From: Oligoflexia bacterium
Lineage (GTDB): Bacteria; Bdellovibrionota; UBA1018
Reading direction: 5' to 3'
DNA: 64,000 nucleotides
Assembly: GCA_031292385.1 (NCBI GenBank)
Contig: JARLHE010000028.1
Span: 76,693 to 140,692 of the forward strand
Position numbers and translations under genes: made by a program. Below are positions 51,366 through 60,832 of this stretch, in pieces. The notes under the pieces were generated by a model that saw nothing but the letters and a program-made list of their open reading frames with translations, made no database searches and was not told the DNA's origin. Position 1 is the stretch's first letter. Every line of letters begins with the position of its first letter.

Positions 51366-52658
51366 ATGCGCTTCTCTTTAGATAAAGAAGTAAGAAATTA
51401 CTTCATTCGATATGCGAAGCACCAGGTATGGGTCCAGCTGCTCCTGCCTGGACTGCTTTGGCTGATCTCGGACATCAGTACCCGAGTGCCTGTCCTCTTT
51501 TGGACGCTCGCGGCGTTTCATTTTTTAGTCATCACCGCCAATAGCGTCCTCTTAAACAGCTTCCTGCGATTTGAAAACAAACAAGAGCGGCTGTGGGACT
51601 TGCTGTTTTATGGCCTGCGAACCCTCACCTACTTGGTCTGCTCCGCTTTCGCGGTCTTGACCTTTTACCTCTACGAGCCTTTCGGCCCTCAGGCGATGCT
51701 CGTCGTTAGTTTTTTAAGCGCCAATACCGAATTCATGATTACGACATTCAATCCGAACGTCGCTTTCGCCAGTTTTTCCCTGATCATCGAAGGATTCCTT
51801 CCGGTGCTGACCATCTTGGCCTTGATGATTTGCCGCGGACAGAATTACTGGATCATGGTGGCGGCCACCGTCTATTTATGCACCGGCTTCTTCAAAATCA
51901 TCGACCTGCACCGCCGCTTCGTCGAAACCACCATTACCCGCCTCAACAACGCCCAGGCCGCGCGACTGGTGGCCCTCGGCGAGATGGCTGGCGGGATTGC
52001 CCACGAAATCAAAAACCCGCTCACCGCCATCACGAACTCCGTGCACATCTTGGAACGCGAATTCAAAAAGAGCCCGATCGATCCGGACGCCCTCGAAAAA
52101 AAGCTCAGAATCATCCGGGACACGTCGCTCAAGATCTCTAATATCGTCACGAGCATGCAAAACCTCGCTCGAGACTCTTACGCCGAAAAGAGAAGCTGGA
52201 ATCAGCTCCGAGCCTCGATCGAGGACGCGATCAACATCTCGACCGAAAAACTGAAACTCGCCGGAATCAACCTCCAAATCGATCCGATACCCGCCGACTT
52301 GTGGTTTTACTCGGTTCCGTCGCAGTTCGGGCAAGTCATCCTCAACCTTCTCAGCAATGCTTACGACGCCCTGCTCGATCAGCAAAAAAAGGAAATCCAT
52401 CTCGGCATTCTCTTCGACCCCGACTCCGGCCTGACAATCACCATCGCCGACAGCGGCCCGGGCGTCGCAACCCCGCAAAAGCTATTCAATCCTTTTTTCA
52501 CCACCAAGGAGCCCGGCAAAGGTACCGGCCTTGGACTCAGCCTTTCGAAAAAGATCGTGGAAAGCCATGAGGGAGAGATCTCCTACAAACGTCTGAACGG
52601 CGCGACCCAGTTCATCTTGCGGTTTCCGTCACGCCTTGTAGAGCGCAGACCTGGTTGA
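51366..52658 (+). CDS. Orphan membrane sensor histidine kinase
   Basis: About six N-terminal TMs; H-box LGEMAGGIAHEIKNPL; N-box QVILNLLSNA; G boxes DSGPG, FNPFFTTK, GTGLGL. Confidence 0.9.
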   Translation: MRFSLDKEVRNYFIRYAKHQVWVQLLLPGLLWLISDISTRVPVLFWTLAAFHFLVITANSVLLNSFLRFENKQERLWDLLFYGLRTLTYLVCSAFAVLTFYLYEPFGPQAMLVVSFLSANTEFMITTFNPNVAFASFSLIIEGFLPVLTILALMICRGQNYWIMVAATVYLCTGFFKIIDLHRRFVETTITRLNNAQAARLVALGEMAGGIAHEIKNPLTAITNSVHILEREFKKSPIDPDALEKKLRIIRDTSLKISNIVTSMQNLARDSYAEKRSWNQLRASIEDAINISTEKLKLAGINLQIDPIPADLWFYSVPSQFGQVILNLLSNAYDALLDQQKKEIHLGILFDPDSGLTITIADSGPGVATPQKLFNPFFTTKEPGKGTGLGLSLSKKIVESHEGEISYKRLNGATQFILRFPSRLVERRPG

Positions 52659-53565
52659 AATTCGGCTTGGCAAGATGGGTCAGGAAAAAATTCTGAACCA
52701 CCGGCCGCCCTGAACTATCCGTATACTCCACCGTCAGATTCATCGATTGATCGGAGACATTTCCCGAGTACGTCGCCGGAAAGACCTTGGGCTGTCCCTG
52801 CAGGAGAGGGCCCGACGTTACGGTATAAGTCCCGCTAACCTGAAAATATCCCGCCGAATCGAGAGTCAAAGGCTCCGTCGCCTCGCCTTTCGCGCATTCG
52901 AAACTAAACGCGGCGCCGCTGGAAGTGACCTGCATCTGCACATGGACTCCGCCCCAAAGCCCCAGCGCTACCGCACTCGGGCTGGGCTGAGGTGGAAACG
53001 GAATCGGGTAATACTTTTTCATCAAGGCGTTCAGGTCGTTGTGAAGGGTAAAGGCCGCGGTCGGATTCCCCAGAAAACAATTGCTGCTGCTCGCGGTGTA
53101 AGCCTGCTGAAAAATCACGACCGAAGGCGAGCCCGAAGGCCCCGGAGTCAGGGTCACCGTGTCGTTTACGCCCGCAATGCCCGCATCCGAGGTGCACGTC
53201 AGATTTCCGGTCAGGGGAAACTGCTGAAGCGCCGCTACGTCCGATTGAATGAGGCTCCGCTCGCTGGCCTCAAGAACGCCAGTTAAGGTTTGACCGTCGC
53301 TCGCGGGCCCCGCCAGGAAGGTGCCGTTTGGAAAAACGGTGAAGCCATAGATCCCCACGCAATAAGCCGGAGGCAAAACATTGCACGCGGTGACTTCGGA
53401 AATCTGAGTCCAGGTCGGGGCGGTGGGCGACGGAGACGGCGTGGGCACCGCCGCAGGAACCGGCGCGGGAGACGACGTGCTGCTGCCTCCGCAGGACAGC
53501 ATGAGGAGGCAGAAAGCGGACGGAAAAATGACCCGAAACAAAACCCTTCGCATCCGAACACCCAT
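52612..53565 (-). CDS. Two-domain hypothetical lipoprotein
   Basis: Lipobox MLS-C, Pro/Ser linker, Cys-containing domain and second domain GLWGGVHV...FECAKG...ATYSG. Start at 53565 or 53553. Confidence 0.72.
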   Translation of the reverse strand: MGVRMRRVLFRVIFPSAFCLLMLSCGGSSTSSPAPVPAAVPTPSPSPTAPTWTQISEVTACNVLPPAYCVGIYGFTVFPNGTFLAGPASDGQTLTGVLEASERSLIQSDVAALQQFPLTGNLTCTSDAGIAGVNDTVTLTPGPSGSPSVVIFQQAYTASSSNCFLGNPTAAFTLHNDLNALMKKYYPIPFPPQPSPSAVALGLWGGVHVQMQVTSSGAAFSFECAKGEATEPLTLDSAGYFQVSGTYTVTSGPLLQGQPKVFPATYSGNVSDQSMNLTVEYTDSSGRPVVQNFFLTHLAKPNFNQVCALQGVTETAR

Positions 53566-53578
53566 GGCCTAGCGGCAG

Positions 53579-53594
53579 TGCAACCGCTAAGCCA
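53579..53594 (-). promoter_or_regulatory. Putative sigma54 promoter
   Basis: Minus strand TGGCTTAGCGGTTGCA = GG-N10-GC directly upstream of the lipoprotein gene. Confidence 0.55.
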
Positions 53595-53595
53595 C

Positions 53596-53638
53596 GAGCG
53601 TGGGCGCTCGGTTTATAATGAGCGTGGGCGCTCGGTTT
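53596..53638. repeat. Tandem 19-bp direct repeat with internal palindrome
   Basis: GAGCGTGGGCGCTCGGTTT at 53596-53614 and 53620-53638. Confidence 0.9.
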
Positions 53639-53644
53639 TGTTTC

Positions 53645-54052
53645 TCAGGAAAGCTGCGCGATCGCTTCCACTTCGACCAGAACGTCCTTGGGCAAACGAG
53701 CCACTTCGATCGTCGAACGAGCCGGGGCGATTCCGCCCGCTTGCTCGACGAAGCGGCCATAGATGGCGTTGACCTTCGGAAAATCGTTCATCGACTTCAG
53801 GAAGATGGTCGTCTTCACCACATTCTTAAGCGAGCAGCTGGCGGCTTCGAGCACCGCGACGAGGTTTTTCATGACCTGCTCGGTTTGGGCCTCGACATCG
53901 GCCGCGCCGACTACTTGGCCCGAAACCGGATCGAGGGCGATTTGCCCGGAGCAGAAAACCAGGTTTCCGGCGCGAATCGCCTGGCTGTAAGGGCCGATCG
54001 GCTGGGGTGCGTTCTTCGTCAAAACCGCCTGAGGTAACAATGGCATCGTCAT
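53645..54052 (-). CDS. ridA: RidA/YjgF enamine-imine deaminase
   Basis: APQPIGPYSQA, SGQI, PARSTIEVARLPK..LVEVEAIA. Confidence 0.92.
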   Translation of the reverse strand: MTMPLLPQAVLTKNAPQPIGPYSQAIRAGNLVFCSGQIALDPVSGQVVGAADVEAQTEQVMKNLVAVLEAASCSLKNVVKTTIFLKSMNDFPKVNAIYGRFVEQAGGIAPARSTIEVARLPKDVLVEVEAIAQLS

Positions 54053-54058
54053 TTCTCC

Positions 54059-56350
54059 TTACTTTGCTGCGTGCAGGCCTTGTTTGCGCCGAAGCTGGAC
54101 TTCCATCGCGGCGATCGCGGCGACGTTAACGACGTCGTTCACGTCCGCGCCGAGCTGAAGAACATGCACCGGCTTGTTCATCCCGACCAGGATCGGACCG
54201 ATCGTCTCGGCCCCGCCGAGCTTCGCCATGAGCTTGTAGGCGATATTGCCCGACTGAAGGTCCGGGAAAATCAGGATATTGGCGTCGCCCGGCACTTGAT
54301 TGAACGGAAAGCTCTCGGCGGAAATCTGAGCCGATACCGCGGTATCGGCCTGCATTTCGCCATCGACCTTGAGCGTCGGCATCTTCTGCCGGATGATCTC
54401 CACCGCGCGCCGCGATTTTTGGGCCAGAGGATGGTTGTTCGATCCGAAGTTCGAAAACGAAAGCACGGCCAGGCGCGGCTCTTCCACCATGAACTGGCTG
54501 GCAAGCTCGGCCGTTTGGATGCCGATATCGGCCAGCTCTTCGGCGGTGGGCTCGATCGTCACCGTCGTATCCGCGAAAAACAGCAGCCGCTTTTTAAAGA
54601 TCAGCATGTAAATGCCGGCCAAACGGGCACCGTCTTTCACGCCGATCGCCTGAATCGCGGGCCGGATGGTATCGGGATAATTTTGCGAGATACCCGCGAT
54701 CATTCCGTCCGCGTGCCCCATTTCAACCATCATCGAGCCGAAATAAATATTCTGCTTCATGATGTTGCGGGCGAGAAAATAGGTCATGCCCTTGCGCTGC
54801 CGTTTCTCGGTGAAGCGCTGGGCATAGGACTCGCGCAGCTCGCTCGTCGAAGGACGGATGATCTTCACGCCCTTCAGCGCTTCCTGCAGGCCAAGATCCT
54901 TGATCTGCGCGTTGATGATGCTTTCATCACCCAAAAGAACCGGTTCGCAAATCCCTTCCTCGCGCATGATGTTCGCCGCGCGCAAAATCTTCCGGATCTC
55001 GCCTTCGGGCAGGACAATCGTCGCGCGGCTGCTGGGAGGCGCGGTCAGAACCCGGCGTTTAATTCCGCGCATAACTGTGTAACTCGACCCCAAGAGCGAC
55101 TCGAGCGAATCGCGATACTGGCCGATGTCCAAAGTCTTTCGAGCCACGCCGCTTTTGATCGCGGCCTCCGCCACGGCGGGCGCGACCCAGAGCAAGACCC
55201 TGCGGTCGAACGGCTTCGGAATCAAATACTCGCGTCCGAACCGAAAACGCGTCCCTCCATAAGCGCGCGAAACGCTCTCGGGAACTTCTTCTTTGGCGAG
55301 CTGGGCCAGCGCCTTGACGGCCGCCATTTTCATTTCCTCGTTGATCGCCATCGAGCGCGTGTCGAGCGCGCCGCGGAAGATGAACGGAAAACCAAGAACG
55401 TTGTTCACCTGATTCGGATAATCCGAACGTCCGGTCGCCATGATCGCATCGGGGCGGACCTTGAGGACCTCTTCAGGCAGGACTTCCGGATCGGGATTGG
55501 CCATCGCGAAGATGATCGGGTCTTTGGTCATCTTTTTGACCATCTCTGCCGTGATGCCGTCCTTAACCGAAACGCCGACGAATGCATCGGCGCCGTCCAG
55601 GGCTTGCGCGATGGTGCGCTTATCGGTTTCAACCGCGAAGCGCTCCTTATAAGGATTCATGCCCTCTTTGCGGCCTTTGTAGATCACGCCTTTGGAATCG
55701 CACATGATGATGTTTTCGCGGCGGACGCCGAGATTCAGGTAGAGGTTCGCGCACGCGATCGCGGCGGCGCCGCCCCCGCAAAACACGACCCGCACCTGAT
55801 CGATTTTCTTGCCGCAGATCTCGAGCGCGTTCAAGAACGCCGCGCCGCTGATCACCGCCGTGCCATGCTGGTCATCGTGGAAAACCGGGATCTTGAGCTT
55901 CTTTTTCAACTCTTCTTCGATGTAAAAGCACTCGGGAGCCTTGATGTCCTCGAGGTTGATCCCGCCAAAGGTGGGCTCGAGCATCTCGCAAGCGCGAATC
56001 ACGTCGTCGGGATTCTTGGCGTTCAACTCGATGTCGAAAACATCGATGTCAGCGAACTTCTTGAAGAGAATGCCCTTGCCTTCCATCACGGGCTTCGAAG
56101 CCGACGGGCCGATATCGCCCAAGCCCAGCACTGCGGTGCCATTCGACACGACCGCGACGAGATTGCCCTTCGCGGTGTACTCATAGATCATTTCTTCTTT
56201 TTCGTGGATCATCCGGCAGGGCTCGGCGACACCGGGCGAATAAGCCAATGAAAGGTCTTTCTGCGTGGAAACGGACTTCGTGGGAACGACTTCGATTTTC
56301 CCTTTACGGCCCAGGGAGTGGTACTCAAGCGACTCTTCGTAAATTGACAT
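54059..56350 (-). CDS. maeB: NADP-dependent malic enzyme with PTA-like domain
   Basis: [35 protein letters not shown]-terminal DGEMQAD. Confidence 0.97.
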   Translation of the reverse strand: MSIYEESLEYHSLGRKGKIEVVPTKSVSTQKDLSLAYSPGVAEPCRMIHEKEEMIYEYTAKGNLVAVVSNGTAVLGLGDIGPSASKPVMEGKGILFKKFADIDVFDIELNAKNPDDVIRACEMLEPTFGGINLEDIKAPECFYIEEELKKKLKIPVFHDDQHGTAVISGAAFLNALEICGKKIDQVRVVFCGGGAAAIACANLYLNLGVRRENIIMCDSKGVIYKGRKEGMNPYKERFAVETDKRTIAQALDGADAFVGVSVKDGITAEMVKKMTKDPIIFAMANPDPEVLPEEVLKVRPDAIMATGRSDYPNQVNNVLGFPFIFRGALDTRSMAINEEMKMAAVKALAQLAKEEVPESVSRAYGGTRFRFGREYLIPKPFDRRVLLWVAPAVAEAAIKSGVARKTLDIGQYRDSLESLLGSSYTVMRGIKRRVLTAPPSSRATIVLPEGEIRKILRAANIMREEGICEPVLLGDESIINAQIKDLGLQEALKGVKIIRPSTSELRESYAQRFTEKRQRKGMTYFLARNIMKQNIYFGSMMVEMGHADGMIAGISQNYPDTIRPAIQAIGVKDGARLAGIYMLIFKKRLLFFADTTVTIEPTAEELADIGIQTAELASQFMVEEPRLAVLSFSNFGSNNHPLAQKSRRAVEIIRQKMPTLKVDGEMQADTAVSAQISAESFPFNQVPGDANILIFPDLQSGNIAYKLMAKLGGAETIGPILVGMNKPVHVLQLGADVNDVVNVAAIAAMEVQLRRKQGLHAAK

Positions 56351-56425
56351 CTGCCTAACCTATCTCCAAGGTAGGCAGCTGCGCAAGCCTTGCGGGTCAT
56401 CTTCTTTGGTGGCAACCTAGGAGCC

Positions 56426-57625
56426 ATGCTGCTCGCTTGGTTCGTATCGCTCTTTTTGCCGGGAAGTGGAGCATTCGCGGACATCCTCTCGACGTACGGC
56501 TCGCCCAATTGGATTCCGACTTGGGACTCCCACCACGAAGCAGCGCATCAGGCTTCGCTCGGCGCCGACCTCAAATACTACAACACTTCTTCCAACTACG
56601 ATTCGAGTGGCCACCCATTCACTCCCCCGAATTTGGACCATGCCGATCGAATCGACGCGCAATTCACCGGCGCCCTCGGACTCACCGATCGCCTCAGCCT
56701 TTTCGCGGTTTTGGACCTGCGGCGCGCCGGCGTAGCGACGCCGTCGACCAGCGCTCAAAACGGCGGAACATCCTATGGCTTGGGTGATCAATCCATCGGC
56801 GCTAATTTTCGTGTCTACGAAAAGGAACTCGTATCGATCGATTTTCAATTTCAACTCGACTTCCCCGCCTATGTGAATTCCGATCCCAACGCCGATCCGG
56901 AGCTCGGGGACGCAACCGAAAACCTTTCAGCGGGAATCTTCGGCACCATCCCTGTCTTTCAGGACGGGGAGCGCGAAATTTCCGCCCGGGCGGGAATCGG
57001 CTACACCTACCGGACTGCCGGCTTTTCGGCCGATATCCCCTGGCTGCTGCAAATCAGAAGCGAACCCAAAGCCCGGGGCCTCCTCGCATCCGTGGGCCTG
57101 ACAGGAATCCAATCGCTCAACACCGATTCCAACTCAAACTCGCCACAGACCGTTGCGGGCCTGGGAACGCAAGGCAGCTTCATCACCAATGCGGTCAATC
57201 CCACCCTCATCACGGCCGGCGCTCAAATCGGCTACCGAACAGCAAAAGACATCGATTTCACGATAGGGGGCAGCCAATCGATCTACGGGGAGAACGCCCC
57301 CAAAGGCTACACTCTGGGAGCGGGGGCCGCCTTTCACTTCGGTAAAGAAGCTGCTTCCCCGCCGGAAAGCCCAACCCCGCCCCCGCAAACCAGCCTCAAC
57401 GCGACCGTGTCGGCATTTAATGACTCTTTTCATCTAGCCAAGATCGACCGGGGATCTGATGATGGAGTTAAGGTGGGCGATATTTTTGATATCATCGGAA
57501 AAGACGGGCCTATCGCCCGGTGTCAAATCACGGACCTCAAATCTCATGAGGCCGTTTTGAAAATCCAAAAGTACTATAAAGAGGCGTATATTGAAAAAGG
57601 CGACACAGCCCGGCGGGAGAACTGA
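56426..57625 (+). CDS. Predicted outer-membrane beta-barrel protein with C-terminal FlgT_C-like domain
   Basis: AGGAG SD; signal peptide AFA|D; alternating beta strands ending GAAFHF; Pro linker; IDRGSDDGVKVGDIFDI. Confidence 0.65.
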   Translation: MLLAWFVSLFLPGSGAFADILSTYGSPNWIPTWDSHHEAAHQASLGADLKYYNTSSNYDSSGHPFTPPNLDHADRIDAQFTGALGLTDRLSLFAVLDLRRAGVATPSTSAQNGGTSYGLGDQSIGANFRVYEKELVSIDFQFQLDFPAYVNSDPNADPELGDATENLSAGIFGTIPVFQDGEREISARAGIGYTYRTAGFSADIPWLLQIRSEPKARGLLASVGLTGIQSLNTDSNSNSPQTVAGLGTQGSFITNAVNPTLITAGAQIGYRTAKDIDFTIGGSQSIYGENAPKGYTLGAGAAFHFGKEAASPPESPTPPPQTSLNATVSAFNDSFHLAKIDRGSDDGVKVGDIFDIIGKDGPIARCQITDLKSHEAVLKIQKYYKEAYIEKGDTARREN

Positions 57626-57628
57626 AGA

Positions 57629-58381
57629 GTGAATAGAATGATGAACTCAAAACTGAAACGAAATTTCTTACTGATTCTCACCTTGGCGCTGACGACTCTT
57701 CCCTTATCCGCGACTTCGGCACATGCCGCGAAGTTCGCCAATCAGTTCGTCGAATTCGAACTGCCGCCCCAATGGCAATGCAATCTCGAAGGAGCGGAAT
57801 GGGTTTGCCAAAGCCTCGATGAGCATAAAAAACGAGATGCCATCGTAGTGCTAGCCGCGAAGCTCAAAGGGGACCAGGACAGCCTCGACAAGTACCTCGC
57901 CTATCTGAAAGGCCCGAAGCTCTACACGAGCGTCGCCGGAAAGCCGGTCAAATCCGACCCTAAGTACGCCAAAGAAAGCACCGTCAACGGCCAAGTCTGG
58001 ATCGACGCGCTTCATCTGGAATCGGAAATCCCGGGCTTCTACACGCGCTACCTGGCGACTGTGAAAGAAGACATCGCGGTCCTCGTCACCTACTCCATCA
58101 ACAAAGACAAATACCAAGCCTATCTGCCGCAATTCGAAGCCATGGTCGCGACGCTTAAGGTCTTCCGCAAAGCCGGCGCCTTGAACAGCAGCGACGGCAA
58201 GTCGCTGGGCGGAATCCCGGCGATCGATCAAGGCAGCATCTTCCCCGCCACGCAAATCGCCGGCGGCAGCGACAAGCCCAAACCGAAGCAATCCGGCGGG
58301 CTTCCGATCGAATACATCGGAGCAGGCGTGATTCTGGCCGCCTATATTGTCTGGCGGCGGAAAAAGGCCTCCGGCCGATGA
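57629..58381 (+). CDS. Exported protein with C-terminal TM anchor
   Basis: Signal peptide AHA|A; FELPPQWQC...WVC; C-terminal SGGLP-TM-RRKK. Confidence 0.75.
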   Translation: MNRMMNSKLKRNFLLILTLALTTLPLSATSAHAAKFANQFVEFELPPQWQCNLEGAEWVCQSLDEHKKRDAIVVLAAKLKGDQDSLDKYLAYLKGPKLYTSVAGKPVKSDPKYAKESTVNGQVWIDALHLESEIPGFYTRYLATVKEDIAVLVTYSINKDKYQAYLPQFEAMVATLKVFRKAGALNSSDGKSLGGIPAIDQGSIFPATQIAGGSDKPKPKQSGGLPIEYIGAGVILAAYIVWRRKKASGR

Positions 58382-58413
58382 ATGATCGCTAACCGGCCCC
58401 TTTAACTGCCCAC

Positions 58414-59715
58414 CTAAAGGGGGCAGTTGGTAAAACCCATCGAAGCGAGGCGAGCGCGCCCGGGTTTCGGGCCCATGGCCAGAATCGCGCGGTTACCCTC
58501 ATGCCCGAGAATCTTCTCGGCCAAAGCGCGGATCTGCTCGGGCGTTACGGCGTCGATCTCTCGGCAAACCTCTTCCGGCGTGATCTGCCGGCCGTAGACC
58601 AGCTCGTTGCGCGCGATGCTGAACATCCGCGACTCAACGCTATCGGTCGAAAGCAAAATGCTTCCCTTCACGCTGTCTTTGATCGATTTCATCTCGCTCT
58701 TTTTCAGCAGGCGCGTTCGCAGTTCGTTCACGCATTTCTCGATCAGCTGCAGGCATAAACTCACCTTATGGGGCGAGGTCGCCGCGTAGACGCTGAAAAC
58801 CCCCGTGTCCTCGAAAGCCGACAGGCTCGAGTAAACCGTGTACGCGAGCGCGTTCTTTTCCCGGATTTCCTGAAAAAGCGACGAACTCATCCCGTCACCC
58901 AGGTACACATTCAACAGATAGGCCGCATAGCGATCGCTCGCCGTGGCTTTCGGCCCCCGCACACCCCAAACCAGATGCACCTGCTCGAGCTCGCGCGCCG
59001 CCCACCATTTTCCGGGCTGGAATCTCGGGACCTCGTGACGTGATGACGTCCGGGCGCAAGATTTTCTTCCAGGCCATCGCGAACGCATCAGAGGCTTGAG
59101 CTTTTTGACCAAAGCCTCGTGCGACACGTCGCCGGCCACCGAAATGATCAGATCCTCGGGCTGGTATCGGGCGTGAAAATAACCGACGATCTCCCGGCGT
59201 TTCATCCCACGAATACTCTTCACCGTGCCAAGAATCGGCCTCCCCAAGCCGTGATCCGGAAAAATCTTCTCGTAATAAAGATCGTGGGCCAGCTCCTCGG
59301 GCGCTTCGTCCACCATCACGATTTCCTGCAGGATGACCTTGCGCTCGCGATCAAGCTCCTTCGAATCGAACGTCGAATTCAAAAGCACGTCTGAAAGAAT
59401 GTCCGCGCCGAGCGCCACGTCGCGATCGAGCATGAAAAGATGAAAGCACGTGTGCTCGCGCGCCGTGAACGCGTTGAAATCGCCGCCAACGCGGTCGATT
59501 TCGCGTGCGATCTCCAGCGCCGTGCGCCGATGCGTGCCTTTGAAAAGCATATGCTCGAGAAAGTGTGAAACGCCCGCCTCTTTCGTGGATTCGTGGCGAG
59601 TGCCGGTCTTCACCCACGCGCCCATCGAAATGCTGCGAAAGCCCGGCATCCGCTCAGTTACCAGCGTCAAGCCATTCGGAAAGACCGTCTTATGAAATTT
59701 TAAATGTCGCGGCAT
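58414..59715 (-). CDS. M16B (pitrilysin family) zinc peptidase
   Basis: GVSHFLEHMLFKGT (HxxEH), NAFT, LFQEIREKNALAY. Confidence 0.95.
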   Translation of the reverse strand: MPRHLKFHKTVFPNGLTLVTERMPGFRSISMGAWVKTGTRHESTKEAGVSHFLEHMLFKGTHRRTALEIAREIDRVGGDFNAFTAREHTCFHLFMLDRDVALGADILSDVLLNSTFDSKELDRERKVILQEIVMVDEAPEELAHDLYYEKIFPDHGLGRPILGTVKSIRGMKRREIVGYFHARYQPEDLIISVAGDVSHEALVKKLKPLMRSRWPGRKSCARTSSRHEVPRFQPGKWWAARELEQVHLVWGVRGPKATASDRYAAYLLNVYLGDGMSSSLFQEIREKNALAYTVYSSLSAFEDTGVFSVYAATSPHKVSLCLQLIEKCVNELRTRLLKKSEMKSIKDSVKGSILLSTDSVESRMFSIARNELVYGRQITPEEVCREIDAVTPEQIRALAEKILGHEGNRAILAMGPKPGRARLASMGFTNCPL

Positions 59716-59722
59716 CCTTTGC

Positions 59723-60793
59723 TTACCCTTTTCTCTTCAATTTCTTTCGCAGGTTCTTTCGCGAGCGGGTTTGACGAACGGAACGCTCCACCAAGGCGAG
59801 CGCCTTTTTCAGTTTCGCCACATGCACGACCGCCGTGCCCGGGACCGTGATCGGGGCGCTCGTCACCCCGATCGCGATTCCGGTCAGCTTGGACTGGATT
59901 CTCGTCACCGTTCTTCCGAACGGGTTCAAAATGGACCCGATCGCGTCCCCCTCGTAGATCAAATCCCCAGGCCGGACATTCAAATCGAGAATGCCGCCTT
60001 TCCGGGCGCGAATCCAATCGCTCGACTTCACGATCACCTGGAAGGGCGGCCGCTTAAGCTCATGCTTGGGCCACATCTTCATTTTTGACATGACGTTCAA
60101 CACCCCGCGAAGCCCTTCGATCGAAACCCGGTTGGAGAATTTCCCCGTCTCGCCGGCCTCGAATAAAATCGTCGGAACGCCCGCCTCCGTCGCCTCTCGG
60201 CGCAAAGACCCCGCCACGCCCTGATGGTGGATCAATATCTTGGCCCCGAACGCGCGCGCAAGCGCCCGGACTTTGGAATTTCGCATATCGCCGCGCACGT
60301 GGGGAAGATTCACGCGACCGCTTGCGGCGGTATGCAGATCGATCCCGAAATCGCACTTCAGCACGATCTCGCGAAAAAATCGGTCAGCGATCATCTCCGC
60401 GTTATTGCCGACACGTTTCCCCGGAAAGAACCGATTCAAATCCCGGTGATAAGGCAGATAGCGCGATTGCGACAGAAAGCCCGGAATGTTCACGACCGGC
60501 ACCGCGATCAACGTGCCGGCCAGCTGGTGGTGATCCATGTCGAAAATGAGGCGACGGACGATATCCACGCCGTTGATCTCGTCCCCATGCACGGCGGCAA
60601 CCACGAAGGCGGTCGGTCCCGCTTTCATTCCGCGAATCACCGTCACCGGAATTTGAATGGGAGTGGAAAGAAACGACTCGGAAACTTTCAAATAAATTTC
60701 GCGTGTCTCGCCTGGCCTCACGCTGACGCCACTGATCTGGAATGCGTCCTCTTGCGAGCCTGGCTGCTTTATATGGGTGTCGCTTGAGTCCAT
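59723..60793 (-). CDS. Succinylglutamate desuccinylase/aspartoacylase (M14-like) family protein
   Basis: AAVHGDEING, RDLNRFFPG, IDLH, LFEAGE, C-terminal barrel-sandwich domain. Confidence 0.9.
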   Translation of the reverse strand: MDSSDTHIKQPGSQEDAFQISGVSVRPGETREIYLKVSESFLSTPIQIPVTVIRGMKAGPTAFVVAAVHGDEINGVDIVRRLIFDMDHHQLAGTLIAVPVVNIPGFLSQSRYLPYHRDLNRFFPGKRVGNNAEMIADRFFREIVLKCDFGIDLHTAASGRVNLPHVRGDMRNSKVRALARAFGAKILIHHQGVAGSLRREATEAGVPTILFEAGETGKFSNRVSIEGLRGVLNVMSKMKMWPKHELKRPPFQVIVKSSDWIRARKGGILDLNVRPGDLIYEGDAIGSILNPFGRTVTRIQSKLTGIAIGVTSAPITVPGTAVVHVAKLKKALALVERSVRQTRSRKNLRKKLKRKG

Positions 60794-60832
60794 CCGTTGG
60801 GTCTAGTATAGTCGAGCCTAGGTCGCCCGCAA

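Noticed and set aside
53596-53638. Possible mini-CRISPR
   Set aside because: Only two 19-bp units with a 5-bp spacer and no cas genes.
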